A stretch of DNA of 64,000 nucleotides from Eledone cirrhosa. Taxonomy: Eukaryota. Shown here in pieces: positions 1-13,639 of the stretch; the stretch's first letter is position 1; each line of letters opens with the position of its first letter. A program made the translations under genes and the position numbers. The stretch is taken from positions 242,048,001 through 242,112,000 of the forward strand of contig OZ024743.1 in NCBI GenBank assembly GCA_964016885.1, written 5' to 3'. The notes beneath the pieces are model-generated. The model searched no databases. It was given only the letters and a program-made list of their open reading frames with translations, and was not told the DNA's origin.

Positions 1-771
1 CTAAGCTTTCTAAACCTATTGTTATTACTCTGGGGTACTTGTTCCCATCCGAGTGCTAAAGCTACATACCGAATTTGCATTCGTTAGCTTGGCCGCGAAC
101 TAAAGCTTCGTTAATGCTGTACTAAAATTGGTATTTTACTCCTAGAATTAACGATTAACTGATTAATTTAAATAGACGATTCTATTGATTGATTAATTGT
201 TTATGGTTGTTTGATAACTTCTGGTTGAGTGCTTAATTCGGTTTGTCGAAAGGAATTCATTCCTTTGTCTCAAATTGGAATTCACCACCAAAGTGAAGGT
301 TACCTCCCTTGGAGAAAACCACGTGTCGATAGCGAAATTTAATGCTAAAGCATACCCGCAGAGGCTAAAGAACACAAGACTTGCTGAAGAAGGAAATCCT
401 TTGTTCTGTCATCAAAAACCATTAACTTGCAGACTCCTGTAAGCGGAATTTGTCGATCTTGGATTTGCAGAAACCTAGCGCTGATGTTGTGTGCTGTATG
501 TGATGTATATCGTGCGCTATACGATATGCATTATATATTTTGCATTCAGTCTCACCGTTTTGTTCAGGTCAGTCTAAAATCTTTTCCTGAGTCCTGTATG
601 TTCGTTGCTCTGGTGATGCGGCTGGACTGCTGATCGCTATATTTGATTTGCTAAGCTTTCTAAACCTATTGTTAGTACTTTTCCCCATCCGAGTGCTAAA
701 GCTACATACCGAATTTGCATTCGTTAGCTTGGCCGCGAACTAAAGCTTCGTTAATGCTGTATTAAAATTGG

Positions 772-772
<1 letters not shown>
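1..772. repeat. Partial tandem repeat (period ~650 bp), non-coding, PLE-pLTR/retrozyme-like
   Basis: ctaagctttctaaacctattgtta...ccatccgagtgctaaagctac...aaaattggta occurs at 1-133 and again at 651-772, and ends in a (TA)n run. Confidence 0.7.
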
Positions 773-803
<31 letters not shown>

Positions 804-903
804 AGTATTGAAGTTTCCGTTGAACATTGAAAAGTCATAGGAGTGAAGAGTGCTCTATGTAAGTACCAGAGAAAAATGTAATGTATAATAAACAATACAA
901 TAT

Positions 904-981
904 AATTAACTCATTACCAGAGGTTTCCCGAATAAGACGAATACGAAAAACGTCCTCATTCGTTCGTCGGACAAGGCAATT
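904..981 (-). ncRNA. Type I hammerhead ribozyme, U4C core variant
   Basis: Minus strand: stem I AAUUG-C-CUUGU/AUGAG-U-UAAUU, core CCGACGA, stem II CGAAUGAG/CUUAUUCG, GAAA, stem III ACC-UCU-GGU, GUA site. It lies downstream of the minus-strand PLE fragment. Confidence 0.7.
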
Positions 982-2267
982 TAAAACATAGTGAAATATT
1001 TGGAAAGTCTCCTCAAGAAATGCAAAATATATATAAATAAAAGTAATGAAAGAGATATATAAAAAAAATATAAGGAAATATAGTTAGGTTATGTGTATAT
1101 GTATGTATATACACTCACAAATGTACATATGTGTGTATGTACAAATGCATGTGTATGGTGAAAATGTGTGCGTAAGTATATATATGAGGGCAAGTATATT
1201 TGTGTATATGTGACCACAAATACGTATGTAATATGAATTGAAAAAGAAATTGTATGAAAATATAGTTGACACGCATCCAGATACAGGTATTAAATACGCA
1301 TACGCGTATGAAAGCACGCGTATAAACACACACACACGCGTGGTCACTTATATGCGGAAGATAAAGAGGGAAGGGAGTGTAATAGTAAAAAGAAGTGTCA
1401 TTCTCGATATATGTATAAAAATGAAACAATATATGAGAATGAAAATGTTTAAATCAAAGAGAAAGTAATCAATTAACACTAGAGAAAAGAAAACAAACAT
1501 AGGTACGCACGTACATACACATATATATATAAAAAAAATATTTATACACACAAATACGTACAGACAAAAGCGCATGCATGCGTACATACATACACACGAG
1601 GCACGTATATATATATATCGCCCCATGTATATCTAATCACACGTACGTACACGACTATATATATATACACATATACATACACACCCATACATACATATAC
1701 ATATATACACATATACATACACATACACATACATTCATCCGCATACACACACAAGTAAAAATAAGAATGTAAAAAACTTAGATATAAAAAAAACTAGATA
1801 AAAAAACACACATACACACATATATACGTACGTACGCACACGTACGGAGGCGTTCGTATACATATACAGAACGTATACACACATAAGCACACTCGGACAC
1901 ATAGATACAGATTATAAATCAGCCATATGAATAAATGAGTACAAATATAAAATCGGCTGCGAAACAACAGAATATATCTGATGTGGAAAACGCAAGTGAC
2001 AAGTGATATCAGGTAGTGAAAGAAAATGGGGAAGTAAAATGTGGAATGTGAAGATATTAGGCAAGTGAATCGAAAAGTAGGGGGGGGGGGTACTGGTGGA
2101 TGTGAAGTAAAAATAAAAATAAAATTAAAAATAAAGTTAAAAATGAAAGTAAATCAGAAAGAGAAGTCTGTAAAGAGGATAATTTAAGGAAAGTGAAGAA
2201 TAAGAGTTTATGGAGGATAAGTATCTGAAAGTGAGTTAAGTTTATATGAGCTGGGAAGCAAGTGTGA

Positions 2268-3210
2268 TTACATTTGTGGGCAACTGGTGAAAATTTCTGT
2301 TTTTGTATTTAGGCAGGTTTTTGGTGATTTAAGGTTCTGTAAAATCCAATATTTTTCACTTATGCAGAATGTGCATCTTCTTGTTCCTCTTGCATATTCT
2401 TTAGATTGGTTCAAAATTGACCAATCCAATTTATATTGGATACCTTGGTCTTTCAAATCACATATTCTGCTAGCCAGGGCTGTTGTGAATCTTTTTTCTG
2501 GATTGCGGAAAGATGCGACGTGTGAGTAATAACGCGTTTTGAATTTGTCTTGTGTCATACACACATACTGTTCGCTGGTGGCTGGTTGGTTGTTGCTGAT
2601 GGTTGTCACTTTAGCCGCATATACACTGGCTTTGGTGTTGCATTTACCTTGTAATGGGCATGCACTTTTGACTCTACAGGAGCAATTTTGATGTTCTCTG
2701 GGTGATTTCTTATTGATGATATAAGATTTAATAGGGGGACCGCAGGAATAGCTAATTCTGACACAGTTTCTATTGAAGATCTTATAGTATCTATGTGTTC
2801 TAGGGAAATGTTTATCTAAGAGCTCTAGGAATGTTTTGCCTACATTAGTTTTAACTGCTAGAGAGTAGGGGGGTGTGAACCAGATTATTTTTCTTTTCCT
2901 ATTATTATGTTTAAAAGAGTTAGTATTGTTGGGTATGTACTTTATCGGTTCGCTAAATCCGCTATTTTGAAGGGCTTTATTATAGTAGGGGATGCCTTAT
3001 TGAAAATAGCTTCTGAGGAAGAGAGGGTGGAGATCCTACGGCTAATATTAGGGATAAGGTTTTTAAAAACTATAGGAGGATGGCAAGAGCCTTTATTTAT
3101 ATATTTTAAATTTTCATGGTTTATGGTATGGTTTATAAGAAGCAGTAGGCAAATCTAGGTTTATATCTAGAAAATTAACATTGGAAAGGTTAGTGTCAAA
3201 AGTAATTTTA
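2268..3210 (-). mobile_element. 5'-truncated, degenerate Penelope-like element (RT thumb, Cys linker, GIY-YIG endonuclease)
   Basis: Minus translation gives NCSCRVKSACPLQGKC and VYAAKV...FKTRYYSH...CTFCISEKYWI, matching the PLE at 26.3-28.8 kb. Frameshifts are present. Confidence 0.85.
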
Positions 3211-3258
3211 AGATATATATATATATTAAGATATATATATATTAAGATATATATATTA

Positions 3259-3475
<217 letters not shown>

Positions 3476-3477
3476 AA

Positions 3478-3700
3478 GGCGTGTGGCTGAGTGGTTAGAG
3501 AATTGGATTCGCAATCGTAAGGTTATGAGTTCGATTCCTGGACCAGGCGATGCGTTATGTCCTTGAGCAAGACACTTTATTTCACGCTGCTCCTTCTACC
3601 TGGAGTTGCGACCGATAGATAGTATTAGCCATTGGAAAGACCAACGGAAACATTGTTCCCTCGGTCCGATTTGACGAAAGTCGATCGTCCTATAAAAAAA
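3478..3700 (+). mobile_element. tRNA-derived SINE with CORE-like domain
   Basis: A box TGGCTGAGTGG, B box GTTCGATTCC, then tgtccttgagcaagacacttt (CORE-like) and an A-rich end. Confidence 0.75.
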
Positions 3701-3861
3701 AAAAAAGAAAATATATATATATATATATATATGTATATGTATATAAATATATATATGCATGTGTGTGTAATATATATATATGTATATGTATATAAATATC
3801 TATATGCGTGTGTGTGTAATATATATATATATAAATATATAAATATATATATGCGTGTGTG

Positions 3862-3897
<36 letters not shown>

Positions 3898-3902
3898 ATA
3901 TT

Positions 3903-3942
<40 letters not shown>

Positions 3943-4060
3943 TTCACGATTTCACCGAACTTATATTCATAGAAATTTTTGGACTTGACTCGCTCTTCCT
4001 CACTTTTCGTTGCTTCACCATCTTTGTTTGTTTACACTCTCGCTGTTCCCTTTATTTACA

Positions 4061-4164
4061 TTCCCAACGACTTTCTTTAGCCATTGCTCGCACCAACCGG
4101 AGGTATATGGTCTTTAAAGCGAAGAAATACCGATCATGGTGAATACCGATCACTGATGAAGGAC
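4061..4164 (+). ncRNA. Permuted HHR-like motif, family 1, partly degenerate copy
   Basis: GGUAUA|UGGUC...GAAAUACC...GAUCA-CUGAUGA-AGGAC. The linker is altered relative to the 4705 copy. Confidence 0.5.
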
Positions 4165-4704
4165 CACTTTATTCATATGTAACCCATATGCAACTCCGCA
4201 GCACGTTTATTCTCATATTTACACATATTTTTTTCTCCCGCTGTGACCCGTATATTTCGTTCTTACTGCTTCCTCTTTCTCTGTATCTTTACCCTCTCTA
4301 ACAGTCACTCTCTCTGTTAGCCTCTTCCTCACCCTTCACTCACTCACTCTCTGTTACTACCTCTCCTCCTCCTCCTCCTTCTTCCCGTTTGACCTGTGCG
4401 TAATTCTTTTCTTTCACACGCTTGGCCAGGGCGGTCGGCATTTTTTCTCTCTCTCGTCTACGATTTCACAGAACTTATGTTTACCGAATTCACAGACTAG
4501 ACCCCTTCTTCCTCCCGTTAGACCTGTGCGAAATTCCTTCCTTGCTCACATTTCAACCAGGTTTGATGGTCTTTATTCTCTCTCGTTCACGATTTCACCG
4601 AACTTATATTCATAGAAATTTTTGGACTTGACTCGCTCTTCCTCACTTTTCGTTGCTTCACTATCTTTGTTTGTTTACACTCTCGCTGTTCCCTTTATTT
4701 ACAT

Positions 4705-4806
4705 GTCCCAACGACTTTCTTTAGCCGTTGCTCGCACCAACCGGAGGTATATGGTCTTTAAAGCGAAGAAATACCGATGATAGTTGGAAGATCACTGATG
4801 AAGGAC
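4705..4806 (+). ncRNA. Permuted HHR-like motif, family 1
   Basis: Stem III GGUAU/AUACC, site AUA|, stem I UGGUCUU/AAGAUCA, GAA at 4768-70, CUGAUGA at 4795-4801. Confidence 0.65.
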
Positions 4807-4839
4807 CACTTTATTCATATATATATGAATATATATATG

Positions 4840-4934
<95 letters not shown>

Positions 4935-5354
4935 CGTCATAAGAAGCGAGTAAATGTTTGGCGTCAAGAAGGACATCCGGCAGTAAAACATTGCTTCATA
5001 AAATCCTGTCTAACCCATACCAACACGTGAAAACGATGATAGCTGATGATGATGTGTGAATGTATATGCATACGTGTGTATGCAACATAACTGTAACCTT
5101 TCTGTTTCTGGACGTAATTGATGTTTAATTAACCAGTGATGCGTAACCAAAATCTCAGAGCAGAACCTAACAAATGGCTCTCGCTTTAGTTACAGGAACA
5201 AAACAGTGATCGCTTCATCTCAATAAGTTCTCTATATTGGATTCTTGTATTTTTGTTTGTTAATTTGTTTGTTTTGTGTTTTGTTTTGATTTTTTTTTTT
5301 TTTTTGCTGTTGTTTGTCTCATTTTTATTTTTAACTGCATCACCTTTGTCTATA

Positions 5355-5640
5355 TCACCGCTGGAATGTTAGTGTTGGGCCTCCATCGATATCGACGACC
5401 GGTGTTCTAATTGTTTGGAACGAACCGAATTTACGTGAAAGTGGATTGGGAATTCCACAGACACATGTACGCTTTACGTAATTCTCAGGGAGACCCAACG
5501 TGACACAATGTGTGACAAAACTAGCCCTTTGAACTTCAGCTAAACGGACTGGAGCAAAATGAAATAAAGTTTCTTGCTCAAGTACACAACACGCCGCCAA
5601 AAATCGAATTGCCATCTATACGATCGCGAACTGATCACCG
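5355..5640 (-). mobile_element. Degenerate tRNA/CORE-like SINE
   Basis: Minus strand has ttcgattt...gtgtacttgagcaagaaactttatttc, similar to the 3478 SINE. Confidence 0.55.
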
Positions 5641-7282
5641 GAACCAGTAAGGTACGATCTTTTTCAATCACCGCTTAAATATTATTGGAATGACAGTCCG
5701 CATTTCTATTTATGTATGTCGTCTGATTTATGCACCCTACTGCTACCAAGGCCTTTTACCAAGTTCGTCTCCTTTTAATTCCAATAGTCAATAAAACTCA
5801 ATTATAATTCTCCCGTTTCTCTAACAAATTAGATATTTTCCATCTATGTCATCCATGTCGTCCTTTCACACGTGATAGAATCATAGGCACCATCATCATC
5901 TTTTAAACCCGGAAAATCGCAACCCTGTCCTTTTATCTCTTTTCTACAGTTTCCTTGGCCTTTAAAAAATATGCAGTATTTAGTAAAATGTCAATGTAAC
6001 TCCCGGATACGAAGGTTTGGCCTTGTTTTTTTCAACCAGTGAGAATGGAAAAGAGGACATGCACACGCATGAAAACAAGGCACACACTTGCTTATACATA
6101 TACACAGACGTACACACATACACATGCATATACAAATGCACATACTGCCTATTCTAACGTAAACATAAGAATTTGTTATACAATTCTGTTTTCCAATTTT
6201 GCTGACAATCCATATTGGCAATTCATATAAACAGCCAAGATAACAACCAGTTTGCCTTGTTCTTTGGTTGCAGCACAAATAGATTCTTTTATGAAGGATG
6301 AAAAGAGAGAGAATCTGTTTGACTTTTCCATGTTGGCATAATCTCTAAAACTATTCTAAGTCAATCTGATGTTTGAAATCGAATTTTGACAGAAAGAGTG
6401 AAATACGTCTACAAAAGTTAAGTATCATGCATAGAAACACTTTAAGAATCCCACCTACAGTATTTTAACGAAAAAGAAAAATATATAAGATGGAAGAGCA
6501 AGAATACGTTTTCTCATAAACCCATTTTACATTTACCGAATATACAGCAAGTTTTCTGTTTTTCATCTTTCCCAAAAAGTTAATGATACGAACAATAAGT
6601 GAAGAAGCAATCTTTAAATAAAATTACAAAATTACATTTTTTATGCCGAGACGAACGTTGTAGTGTATTGAGAAAATCTACTTTGGTACACGAATTTACA
6701 CCATCCTGCGAACGGGTTTCAATTGATTTTCACTAAGAAACGTTCACCAGTTAGTACCACATGCAACCATATTAGCAAGACAATCTTGAAAAGTACAAAT
6801 CAGCACCATGACTTCATCAATTTGATTTTACGAGCAGGTTGTTCTGTTGATCTACCACCTCACATATCAGCGAAATTTCTTGTATATATTTTGCATAAGA
6901 TCCAGAGACATTCTTCTGAGTATTTCCGTCAGAATTTCTCTGGCGGAATATACATAAAACTAGCCTCGCTGTTGTTCATAAATATTGGATATAAAAAAAG
7001 CGCGATACGCCGTCTTTAAAAAAAGAATTGGGGACTAGTGTACTCTGAGATACACATTCTCTGAAGAAAAAAAAACGTATTGGTCACGACTATAATTGAT
7101 TGTAAGTCTATCTCCTTTATCATGGCTGACGGAAGTACTTATGGTCGTTCAATGTAAAAGAAACCGAAATAGATTCTAGCCAGATAAACCTCAAAGCTCT
7201 AAACAGACATTAATTCCATACTGTCCACAAAACTCTAGCTTGGAGATATGCAACACTAACAGTGGTGACTTACTGTTCGTTC

Positions 7283-7388
<106 letters not shown>

Positions 7389-7395
7389 TGTATGC

Positions 7396-7436
<41 letters not shown>

Positions 7437-7976
7437 AAGAATCATTTACATAACCATAAATAGTATAACTAATACTATATATATATATATATATACATAT
7501 ATATAGTATGACGGTATTAAAGTGATTATATCCCAACAAATACAGTCTGTGACAGTCCTTCCGTTTTCAGTTAAGACATATTCATATGCCTTACACCCTA
7601 CAAGGCAGGCCTTGGAGGACAGCATGAATGTCACAGGATCCTATTTGTCTTTTTCTAGCAATGTAACGACCTTTGTTAATCGAAAAGAAAGTCAATCCGA
7701 TATGAAAACATATTTTCATCGACTTAATATATAGTATATTTTTATGTCATACTGTATATTCAAGTGAGTATATAATGCAGGGAATATTTTGGTTTTTATA
7801 TTATTTTAAGTCGCTAGATATAGTCCTTTCTTCTTGCTTCCCACCCCATCTATACGTTATTCAGTTTTATAGCAACGCGTACTTATTTATAAATCATACG
7901 AAGAGGCATTATTTTCTTTTTCTTCTACTTTCTTTTGCAACGATTGCGTGATATGTTTTAGGTAAAATTACATCAA

Positions 7977-8073
<97 letters not shown>

Positions 8074-8170
8074 TATATATATATATATATAAGTATATAT
8101 ATATATATATAAGTATATATATATATTTATAAGTATATACGTATATGCATATATACACACTCACACACAA

Positions 8171-8232
<62 letters not shown>

Positions 8233-9259
8233 ATACACACAGAGACATATATATATATATTCTTATGATCCGTTTTTTGTTTTTCTCTTCGTATTATATT
8301 CTTTTTCCATTATACAATATATGCAATATTCCTAAACTGCTTTTCTATTTATCAAAGATGTTTCTGTCACATATTAGCAATTTCCTTATCGTTAAGTGTA
8401 TCTAATATTTTAAATATACCCGGATTCTTCTTTCATTTCCTAACCATTTTCTTTCTTGCTTCATTTTTCTTCTTTTTGTTTTTACCAAACCACCTTCCTG
8501 TTTTCTACATATTGAAATATGGTGAGAAAGGAAACCAATAGACGCCAGAACAGATATTATTTTTCAGTGTATTTTTAACAAATTATCCTCAAGGGGAGTC
8601 TGTATTATTATTTTCGTAAATCAAACAGGTTTTCTTTTTAAGTATAGAGAAACGTCTCAGGTTTCATATTTCGTATCTAGTCCCTGGTGTTATTGTCTGG
8701 TAATTTCGTGCCCACGGGACTTATCTCCTGTTCACACAGGTCTTATTCTTTTTCTGGAATAATAACGAACTATCTTATTGAAGTTTATTGGTTATTTGGT
8801 ATTCTGTATAGAGAATATCTCCTAGTTGGTCTATGGAAGGTAATTTTACCTACGGCTAAAACTGAAAGACACCACTGCGGGAAGTGAATCGATCGATAGA
8901 ACTCCGTCGTTCACGGCAACGTGTAGATATTAGCCTCCACCTACACATTAACATAATCACTAAACCTAAAACAACCAGTGCGTCATTATATAGTTACACC
9001 TGCATCTCCTTCCCTAGTGCCGCATAGCAATGAAATACGAATATGTAGCCATGAAATTAAAGAAACAAGCAAATAAGTAAATTATTCGAACCAATTCTTT
9101 AACATATATGAACCGGAGCGACTACCCCCTATGGTAATTTGATACCTTTGCCTACTTACCATCCCTACAATAATGTACGAATAATTCTCCCCCCCCCCCT
9201 CTGTATGCCTACAAAAATAGCCATCTACATCATATGACTCCTGAAGGGGACTGCTACCA

Positions 9260-9355
<96 letters not shown>

Positions 9356-9466
9356 TCCAGTTCCACAGTGAAATAACAACCCCACCAGGAACTGGGCATA
9401 TCAGAGTATTGACAAAATTATACAACTCAACAACATATGTACTTGTCTATACCACACTAATTCGGA

Positions 9467-9519
9467 CTGCCTGAAGAGGTCACAGCCAAAGATGGCTGTC
9501 ACCGAAATATATATAGCAG
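9467..9519 (+). ncRNA. Type I hammerhead ribozyme (canonical core)
   Basis: CUGC-CUGAAGA-GGUCACAGCCA(AAGA)UGGCUGUCACC-GAAAUAUAUAUA-GCAG, within a ~310 bp repeat (9350-9660) that has a homologue at 58250-58590 (-). Confidence 0.9.
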
Positions 9520-9677
9520 AAATAAACGAAGCTAAATTTTAAACATTTGACTTTTTATTTTACTTTATTTTACATTACTGCGGAGTAACCAAACGAACCT
9601 GCGCACTTCGTCGAGTGCTCCAGCCTGCATATTGAGGTGTTGGTATACAACCAACATATACTCAAAATCTCTCTCTA

Positions 9678-9734
<57 letters not shown>

Positions 9735-9810
9735 CGAAGGAAATGTGGTACGGAACCAGGTGGACCATAACGCACCAAAGTACTCAATACTTAGGGTAGT
9801 AGAGTGGGTA

Positions 9811-9938
9811 ATAGGAACGAGTAGGACCCCGACGGCTGAGCTCAAGCCGTTACGACGGCTAATTCTGGACTAAATTTAGTCCAGAATTAGCCGTCGAAAC
9901 GGCTTGTGCTCAGCCGTCGGGATCCTACTCGTTCCTAT
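9811..9938. repeat. Near-perfect ~128 bp palindrome containing the 3' half of an HHR
   Basis: Arms are centred on ctggactaaatttagtccag and include GAAACGGC...GCCGUC|GGG. Related pieces occur at 45758-45815 and 62720-62858. Confidence 0.8.
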
Positions 9939-9940
9939 AT

Positions 9941-10065
<125 letters not shown>

Positions 10066-10339
10066 CATTCTCAGCCTTTATCTGCCCACTCCAAGGCGAA
10101 GACCTCCTCAAGCCGGTACGAATGGTTTCTATTCAAAGCTATTTTTATCCATGTAACGTCCATAGATTTATCGATCTATCTCATATTTTCCGCTCATCCT
10201 CTGTTTCCTCACCCTTGTGCCTAGATCTACTTTCTTTACACATCTTGTCTATCTGTTATCATTTGTTCGTGCCGTATGCCCTGCGCATCCCCATTTTCTC
10301 TTCTTAGCATGTTTCATGATATATTGAAAAGTGATGGAT

Positions 10340-10530
10340 AGGCATAATTGGTAGAGTATTGGATAACATACACATTGCATTATTTATTTTGGCTCTTTGC
10401 ATTCTGAGTTCAAACCCACCAAGTTCAACTTTACCTTTCATTCTTTTGGTGTCTATAAATTAATGTATATGTCAAGTACTGGACTTGATTTAATCAAAAT
10501 TACCCTTCTCCTGAATTTGCTTAGAAATCA
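10340..10530 (+). mobile_element. Degenerate tRNA-derived SINE (Deu/Nin-like body)
   Basis: gagttcaaac B box followed by caactttacctttcattcttttggtgtc, similar to the copies at 42.2 and 63.9 kb. Confidence 0.55.
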
Positions 10531-11149
10531 ATAGATTCCTTTATATCTTATACTTGTATTTACTTTCTCATCCATTGGCAAGTTTTCCTGCCGTTTTTAG
10601 TGATTCCTAATGGCATCTTCCCATATTTCTTCGTGTGTTTCCTAAGCTTATGTTCCATGTTTATAGTTATGAGCCATGATTATGCTCAATAAATCATTGT
10701 TTGTATAAAATACTGGTCAAACAATGTTTTTATCTCTCTTCTGATAGAGAATAAACCATTCATAAAATAGAAGAATTTTATGAGGATTTATATTCTAATT
10801 ATAAATACTTCAGGGTTTCAGAAAATTATATAATTGTTGAAAATGCTAATTTATTCCTATTTAATGAAATTAGGAATTTCTTAAAAGATATTAAAATTGG
10901 AAAAGTACTATATGAAGATGACGAATTCCTTGTAGTTAAGATGTAAATCTCAGCATAACATCGTAGCTTCGATTCCTAGACCGAGTTGTGTTTTGTGTTC
11001 ACGTTGCTTCAGTACATCCAGCTTAAAATGAGCACCAGCAGTGGCTTGAGGTTAATCCTGCAATGAACTGGCACCCTCTCCTGAGAGATTCTTGTACTCA
11101 CAGTGGATTAACACCAACGAAACCGAGATAAGCTCTGACATGATGAATC

Positions 11150-12100
11150 TCTGTGCTTAGGAAAGAAAGAGAGAAATCTCCGTATGAAATACATCAAATC
11201 AAACAGAATCCCCAGCAGCTGAAACAATGGAACAATGCCATCATTGTAATTTTATACTCAAAACGTGACATTACAAATCTTAAAAACTACAAAACCATCA
11301 GCTTCTTGTCTAACATGTACCGACAATTCAAATCGCATCAATACTCTCTTGCATTTGTATCAACAAAGAGAAAATGTAGGGTTCTGAACTGGGTTTTAAT
11401 AATTGACCATTTACAGGTCATGAACCAACATATTCAAAACATGGAGCATATAGACAACCATTGTGTTCAGATTATATTGATTATGTGAAAGCCTTCAGTA
11501 GCATGATATTCCGACTGTGCTTGAAGTTCTTATTGATCAGAACATACATCAAACTTATATACAACATATATAGCCACGGTTCATCAGTTATAAGACTTCA
11601 CACTGAAATCGCAAAGATCAACATTGTTAGAGAAATATAATAGCAATATTGCATGGGTGTATGTTATCATCAAACATTTTAATGCTGCGCTGTGGATCAC
11701 ATTTAAAAGGCTAAACAGGGATGAAAAAGAGATAAACATAAATAGTTAGTATTTAAGTCTCTTAAATTTCTCTGAAATAATTTTTATATGCAAATGATGC
11801 TAACGACAGGAACAACAGTTAAATGAATTGAACCCTAATGATGATATTAAATAAAATATAAAACATGCATATAAAAAGTAAAATATTCACAGGCAACCAT
11901 GATAGTATATTTAGAGCAGATTGAATATTGTACAGATAGAATATTGTTATTGGACAGCTGGTAAACACGGAATAGGGTCATATAAAGAAAGTACAATTAC
12001 GAATCTTAAAATATTGATGTGCTTTTGGTAAAATAAAAATATCATGAAAAGCACGATGTCATTTTTCCTGAAGCGTAGACTATTTTACCTGTGTATAATA
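11150..12100 (+). mobile_element. Degenerate RTE-clade LINE reverse transcriptase fragment
   Basis: QWNNAIIVILYSKRDITNLKNYKTISFLSNMY and IDHLQVMNQ resemble RTE RT N-terminal motifs. Many stop codons. Confidence 0.7.
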
Positions 12101-12749
12101 CAAATGATGTATACACACTCTCATACACACATGTATGTTTTATGACTTTCGTTATATCGGACCGAGGAAACAACGTTTCCATAGGTCTCTGCAATTGCTA
12201 ATACTATTTATCGGCCGCAACTCCAGTTAGAAGGAGGAACGTGAAATAAAATGTCTTGCTGAAGGACATAATGCATCAACTCACAACCTTACGATTGCAA
12301 ACTTTCCGCCGAATGGCTGGACCAAACAGCACCAAATTTGCACCATAGATGTAACGTTTTCCAAGTAAAAAGGTGAGGGTATTTTTGTCTACTGAATTTT
12401 GTTAAAAGATTAAAGACATTATTTAAATATTCACTTCTTTAAAATTTCAAATGTCAACACTTCCGGTTATACGTCATTCCTCACTTTTTCTTATGACGTC
12501 GCACAACATTCCCCTCTTATTCTTAGTCTGTATGTCTGGCTGTCTGCATTAGATAACCTTTTTCGAAATATTTACTTCTGCGTTCACAGACGGATTTTTT
12601 TAGTTTCAGAAGATCCCGTTAAGTGTGAAAGCAGCGATTCTTTGCTTAAACTTTAATCTGTTATTTTAATATATATATTCGTGTACAGATATTTTTGCAT
12701 ACACAAAAACAAAAACTTATTTATTTCACGAAAGCACAGACGGCTTATC

Positions 12750-13567
12750 GACATTGTTACTGTTCGAGGTTAGAGGACCACAGTCTTTCCAAGATCTGAG
12801 AACCATCAATGGCCATCAATGTTCCACTTACCGTTTGGCTTGCCAGATGCGTGGTATGTTACACGATGACAGCCATTGGCACCTCGCCCTGCAAGAAGCA
12901 GCAACTGCTAAAGTCCCTTTCAGCTGCGAAAACCTTTTGCTGCACAACTGCGATCTCGCTGACCCTCTCGGACTGTGGAAAACCACCCTGAAAGTGTATC
13001 TGAGGACATCCTCCACCGCACATGCAGACACAATCCAAACGTAACATACGATGTCGTTTTCAATGAGGCGCTCATTTGTCTTGAAAACTGTGTGCTGGAG
13101 ATTGGTTGTAGGCCTCTAAGTCACTACATCTTACCTGCTCCTGACAGGAGTGTCCAGAGGTCAACATCTACAGAGCTTCTCCGCAAGCTACGAAATCAGT
13201 GATTATCCTATGGTCAATTGTATGTAGGATGCTCTAGGGTGAGCTCGCCAAACAATCTCTTCATCTTTATTCTGGAGGGCCGAACAAAAAATATTGTATA
13301 CTCTGAGGCTCTAACAATCTAATTTAAATATTTTCTGTTACTTAGAATTTCCATTATGGATGTACAACTTAATGTTTGTTAAAAAATGTGTTCTCTGTCC
13401 AGCCTTTATTGTTGTAACTATCAATTTTCTTTAACATACTGGCTGCTGAACTGGGGAATCCTAAAAAGTATTCAAACCCAACATGAGAGCACGTTAACCC
13501 CCCCCCCCCTCGTTGACTTGAGAGGGCGTGCGGTATTCCTGACAAGATAAAATGCCGGTATACCTAG
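12750..13567 (+). mobile_element. Internally deleted Helitron remnant
   Basis: VRGPQSFQDLRTING..TYRLACQMRGMLHDD.HW (Rep-helicase linker) is joined to a C-terminal helicase motif GQLYVGCSRV. A possible 3' hairpin and CTAG lie at 13564-67. Confidence 0.8.
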
Positions 13568-13639
13568 ATACATATATGCATGCATGTATGTATGTGTAGA
13601 AAATATCTGTAGATTTGACAAGGGAAATTATATTATTTA

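Larger units (their letters stand above)
3941..4820 (+). mobile_element. Non-coding partial tandem repeat (period 643 bp) carrying permuted HHR-like motifs (family 1)
   Basis: cgttcacgatttcaccgaac at 3941 and 4584. Flanked by (TA)n on both sides. Confidence 0.8.

Noticed and set aside
296-400. Possible fourth permuted HHR (GGUUA|CCUC, GAAAACC, GAGG-CUAAAGA) and a nearby CUGAAGA
   Set aside because: The spacing does not match the other three families, the core is defective and the stems are only 4 bp
3478-3550. tRNA gene
   Set aside because: A and B boxes are present, but the acceptor stem is poor and the sequence continues into a SINE body
6723-7019. Possible host exon
   Set aside because: I recognise no protein similarity and see no convincing splice context
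7118-7187. Possible hammerhead (UGG-CUGACGG...CCGAAAUAGAUUCUAG-CCA)
   Set aside because: The core has A9G, there is no valid NUH before stem I, and stem II is unclear. At best it is a decayed copy
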